Both the position numbers and the translations under genes were made by a program. 50,097 nucleotides of DNA from Bacteroidales bacterium (GTDB taxonomy: Bacteria; Bacteroidota; Bacteroidia; Bacteroidales; B18-G4), in contig JAOZTN010000006.1 in assembly GCA_029942245.1 (NCBI GenBank), positions 1 to 50,097 on the forward strand, read 5' to 3'. Shown piece after piece: positions 47,249 to 50,097 of the stretch. The notes below the pieces were generated by a model. The model did not search any database. It was not told the origin of the DNA and saw only the letters and a program-made list of their open reading frames with translations. Position 1 is the stretch's first letter; every line of letters begins with the position of its first letter.

Positions 47249-49972
47249 ATGGAGCTGAAAAATGATCTTTTTGTCAATGTCGACAAAGAAACAGAGCAGG
47301 GTGGGGAAAATTTTTATGATGAGGTTTTAGAGGAAAGAACTAAGCTGGAAACAAAACAGGAAAATGATGATGTTGCCGGCACAACTACTATTGAACAACA
47401 GCCAGAACCTACACAAGAAAACCAGAGCAGGTCATTGAAAAATTATTCCCAAGAAGAAGTCTTGGCGAAATCCATTGAGTATTTTAAAGGAGATACATTA
47501 GCCGCAAATGTATGGATGAACAAATATGCGCTGAAAGACAGCGATGGAAACATTTATGAGTTAACCCCTGATGATATGCACTGGCGTATTGCCAATGAGA
47601 TTGCCAGGATAGAACAGAAGTACCCAAATCCGATGACAGCTCAGGAAGTATATGAACTGATCAAGGATTTTAAATACATTATTCCCCAGGGGAGCCCGAT
47701 GGCAGGTATCGGAAATAATATGCAGGTGTCGAGCCTGTCGAACTGCTTCGTGATAGGCAATGATGGAAACTCCGATTCTTATGGTGGTATCATGAAGATT
47801 GATCAGGAGCAGGTTCAGCTGATGAAGCGCCGCGGCGGTGTAGGCCACGACCTGTCCCATATCAGGCCAACAGGGAGCCCTGTAAAAAATTCAGCTTTAA
47901 CTTCTACGGGTATTGTTCCTTTCATGGAAAGGTATTCGAATTCTACCAGGGAGGTGGCACAGGATGGAAGGCGCGGTGCACTCATGCTTACCATATCCAG
48001 TAAGCACCCCGATGCAGAAAGGTTCATCGATGCCAAGCTGGAAGCAGGCAAGGTGACAGGCGCCAATATTTCCGTGAAGATCGATGATGACTTTATGAAG
48101 TCAGTCATTGAGAACAAACCTTACAAGCAACAATACCCTATAGATTCTCCAAACCCAAAATTTGAACAGGAAATCGATGCCGGAAAGTTGTGGGATAAGA
48201 TCATTCATAATGCCTGGGCATCGGCAGAACCGGGTGTACTTTTCTGGGATACCATAGTCAATGAGGCCATCCCGGATTGTTATGCCGATCTTGGTTTCAA
48301 GACCGTATCAACAAACCCCTGTGGCGAGATTCCACTCTGCCCTTACGACAGCTGCCGTCTGCTGGCATTGAACCTGTACAGTTATGTTGATGAACCATTC
48401 ACCGAGAATGCCATCTTCAATTCCGACAGGTTTACCGACCATGCCCGCAAGGCATTACGGATCATGGATGACATTATCGACCTGGAAGCAGAAAAGATCA
48501 ATGCCATCATTGAGAAGATCGATGGTGACCCTGAAGCATATGAGATCAAGAGTGTTGAGCGCAATATGTGGGATAATATCCGAAAGAAAACACTAGAAGG
48601 CAGAAGGACCGGTATTGGCATCACCGCAGAAGGTGATATGCTGGCCGCATTGGGCTCAAGGTATGGATCAGATGCAGCAATCGACTTCTCAACCGAAGTA
48701 CATAAGTTGCTTGCCATAGAAGTTTATCGCTCATCAGTGAACCTGGCCAGGGAGCGCGGGTCATTCCCGATCTTCGATTTTGAAAGGGAAAGAAACAATC
48801 CTTTCATCAACCGCATCAAAGAGAATGCACCCAAGGTATATGAAAGCATGGAGAAGTATGGTCGCAGAAATATTGCCATGCTTACCATTGCACCCACAGG
48901 CAGTGTCAGCATCTGCACACAGACAAGCTCAGGCATTGAGCCTGTGTTCATGGTCAGCTATAAAAGGAGAAGGAAGGTTAACCCTAACGACAAGAATGTA
49001 ACGGTTTCATTTACCGATGATGTGGGCGATGCCTGGGAAGAATATAATGTGTTCCACCCTAAATTCGAAACCTGGTTGCGCAACGAGGGCATGGATCCTG
49101 AAGAAACAAAAGAGCTCGACGAATTGGAGCTAAATAAGCTTATCAAGAACTCTCCTTATTATAAAGCTACTTCCAAAGATATCGACTGGCTGAGTAAGGT
49201 GAAGATGCAGGGTTCTGTACAGAAATGGGTCGACCATTCTATCAGCGTTACTGTAAACGTTCCCGAGGATGCTACTGAAGACCTTGTAAGTCAGATCTAT
49301 CGTACTGCCTGGGAAAGCGGATGCAAAGGCATGACCATATATCGTGAAAATTCACGCTCAGGGGTATTGGTTAGTAATGATGACAAGAAAAAAGGCGAAA
49401 GGACCGATTCATTTATTGAAACCAATGCGCCCATAAGGCCAAAAGACCTTGATGCCGATGTAGTTCGTTTCATGAACAATAAGGAAGAATGGGTTGCAGT
49501 AGTTGGAATCCTCAACGATCGCCCCTATGAGATCTTTACAGGAAAGGCTGAAGGTTTCTTCCTCCCGAAATGGGTGGAAAAGGGCATGGTGACCAAGAAC
49601 AAAAGGAAAAATAAAGGTTCTGTAACCCAGTACGACTTTCACTTCGAGGATAAAGACGGATATAAGATCATTATGGAAGGCCTGTCGCGGCAGTTTAACA
49701 TGGAATACTGGAACTACGCCAAACTGATCTCCGGTATCCTGCGTCATGGTATGCCATTACCATTTGTTGTTGACCTGGTTGACAACCTCCAACTTGATAG
49801 CGAGTCTATTAATACATGGAAGAAAGGTGTGGTACGCACACTGAAAAAATACATCCCTGATGGCACCATAGCCAAGGAAATGCCTTGCCCGCAGTGCAGT
49901 AATGAAGGCACACTTATGTATAAAGAAGGCTGCCTCACATGTTCAAGTTGTGGTTATTCCAAGTGTGGATAA
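47249..49972 (+). CDS. nrdJ: Class II adenosylcobalamin-dependent ribonucleotide reductase
   Basis: SLSNCF, GGVG, TNPCGEIPL, TIAPTG..S, SSGIEP, KGMTIYR, RPYEIF domain, terminal CxxC...CxxC..SKC. No nrdB in the window. Confidence 0.92.
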   Translation: MELKNDLFVNVDKETEQGGENFYDEVLEERTKLETKQENDDVAGTTTIEQQPEPTQENQSRSLKNYSQEEVLAKSIEYFKGDTLAANVWMNKYALKDSDGNIYELTPDDMHWRIANEIARIEQKYPNPMTAQEVYELIKDFKYIIPQGSPMAGIGNNMQVSSLSNCFVIGNDGNSDSYGGIMKIDQEQVQLMKRRGGVGHDLSHIRPTGSPVKNSALTSTGIVPFMERYSNSTREVAQDGRRGALMLTISSKHPDAERFIDAKLEAGKVTGANISVKIDDDFMKSVIENKPYKQQYPIDSPNPKFEQEIDAGKLWDKIIHNAWASAEPGVLFWDTIVNEAIPDCYADLGFKTVSTNPCGEIPLCPYDSCRLLALNLYSYVDEPFTENAIFNSDRFTDHARKALRIMDDIIDLEAEKINAIIEKIDGDPEAYEIKSVERNMWDNIRKKTLEGRRTGIGITAEGDMLAALGSRYGSDAAIDFSTEVHKLLAIEVYRSSVNLARERGSFPIFDFERERNNPFINRIKENAPKVYESMEKYGRRNIAMLTIAPTGSVSICTQTSSGIEPVFMVSYKRRRKVNPNDKNVTVSFTDDVGDAWEEYNVFHPKFETWLRNEGMDPEETKELDELELNKLIKNSPYYKATSKDIDWLSKVKMQGSVQKWVDHSISVTVNVPEDATEDLVSQIYRTAWESGCKGMTIYRENSRSGVLVSNDDKKKGERTDSFIETNAPIRPKDLDADVVRFMNNKEEWVAVVGILNDRPYEIFTGKAEGFFLPKWVEKGMVTKNKRKNKGSVTQYDFHFEDKDGYKIIMEGLSRQFNMEYWNYAKLISGILRHGMPLPFVVDLVDNLQLDSESINTWKKGVVRTLKKYIPDGTIAKEMPCPQCSNEGTLMYKEGCLTCSSCGYSKCG

Positions 49973-50003
49973 GGCGCCAGACAAAAGGCCCATTTCTTAG
50001 AAA

Positions 50004-50035
50004 GAAGCCCTGCTCTTATTGAGTGGGGTTTTTTT
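50004..50035 (+). terminator. Rho-independent terminator after nrdJ
   Basis: AAGCCCTGCTC-TTATT-GAGTGGGGTT stem (with G-U pairs) followed by a T run. Confidence 0.8.
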
Positions 50036-50097
50036 AATAGTACTTCTGCTCTAAACTATGGAGAGGCCCAAAATGCCCAGTCGAAAAGAGATTTCAT

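Noticed and set aside
50059-50097. Possible gene start at the right edge (ATGGAGAGG...)
   Set aside because: Only 13 codons are visible, too few to support a call.

Overview
A gene-dense chromosomal segment from a Bacteroidota (probably Bacteroidales-like, anaerobic) bacterium. The assignment rests on TAnnTTTG -7 promoter elements, the exbB-hyp-exbD-exbD block beside tRNA-Ser, ~800-aa MacB-like permeases and a Bacteroides-type carboxyltransferase. Most of it is housekeeping: dusB, ansA, tatD, lnt, phoH, polA and nrdJ. No integrase, transposase, prophage or CRISPR array was seen. The main finding is a leucine/isovalerate-type cluster (15.8-25.9 kb). Where the ATP-dependent methylcrotonyl-CoA carboxylase alpha subunit is expected, there is a 731-aa protein. 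It joins a pyruvate/oxaloacetate carboxyltransferase domain to a putative acyl-CoA-carboxylase BT-like docking domain and a biotin carrier, with no biotin carboxylase domain. This suggests an ATP-independent oxaloacetate:methylcrotonyl-CoA transcarboxylase (inference). Other points are a 39-codon in-frame remnant of a fourth ABC permease, a repeated GC-rich palindromic element that supplies the end of dusB, complementary heptamer tracts, and candidate sigma-54 promoter/enhancer sites. All calls come from reading motifs by eye; no searches were run.
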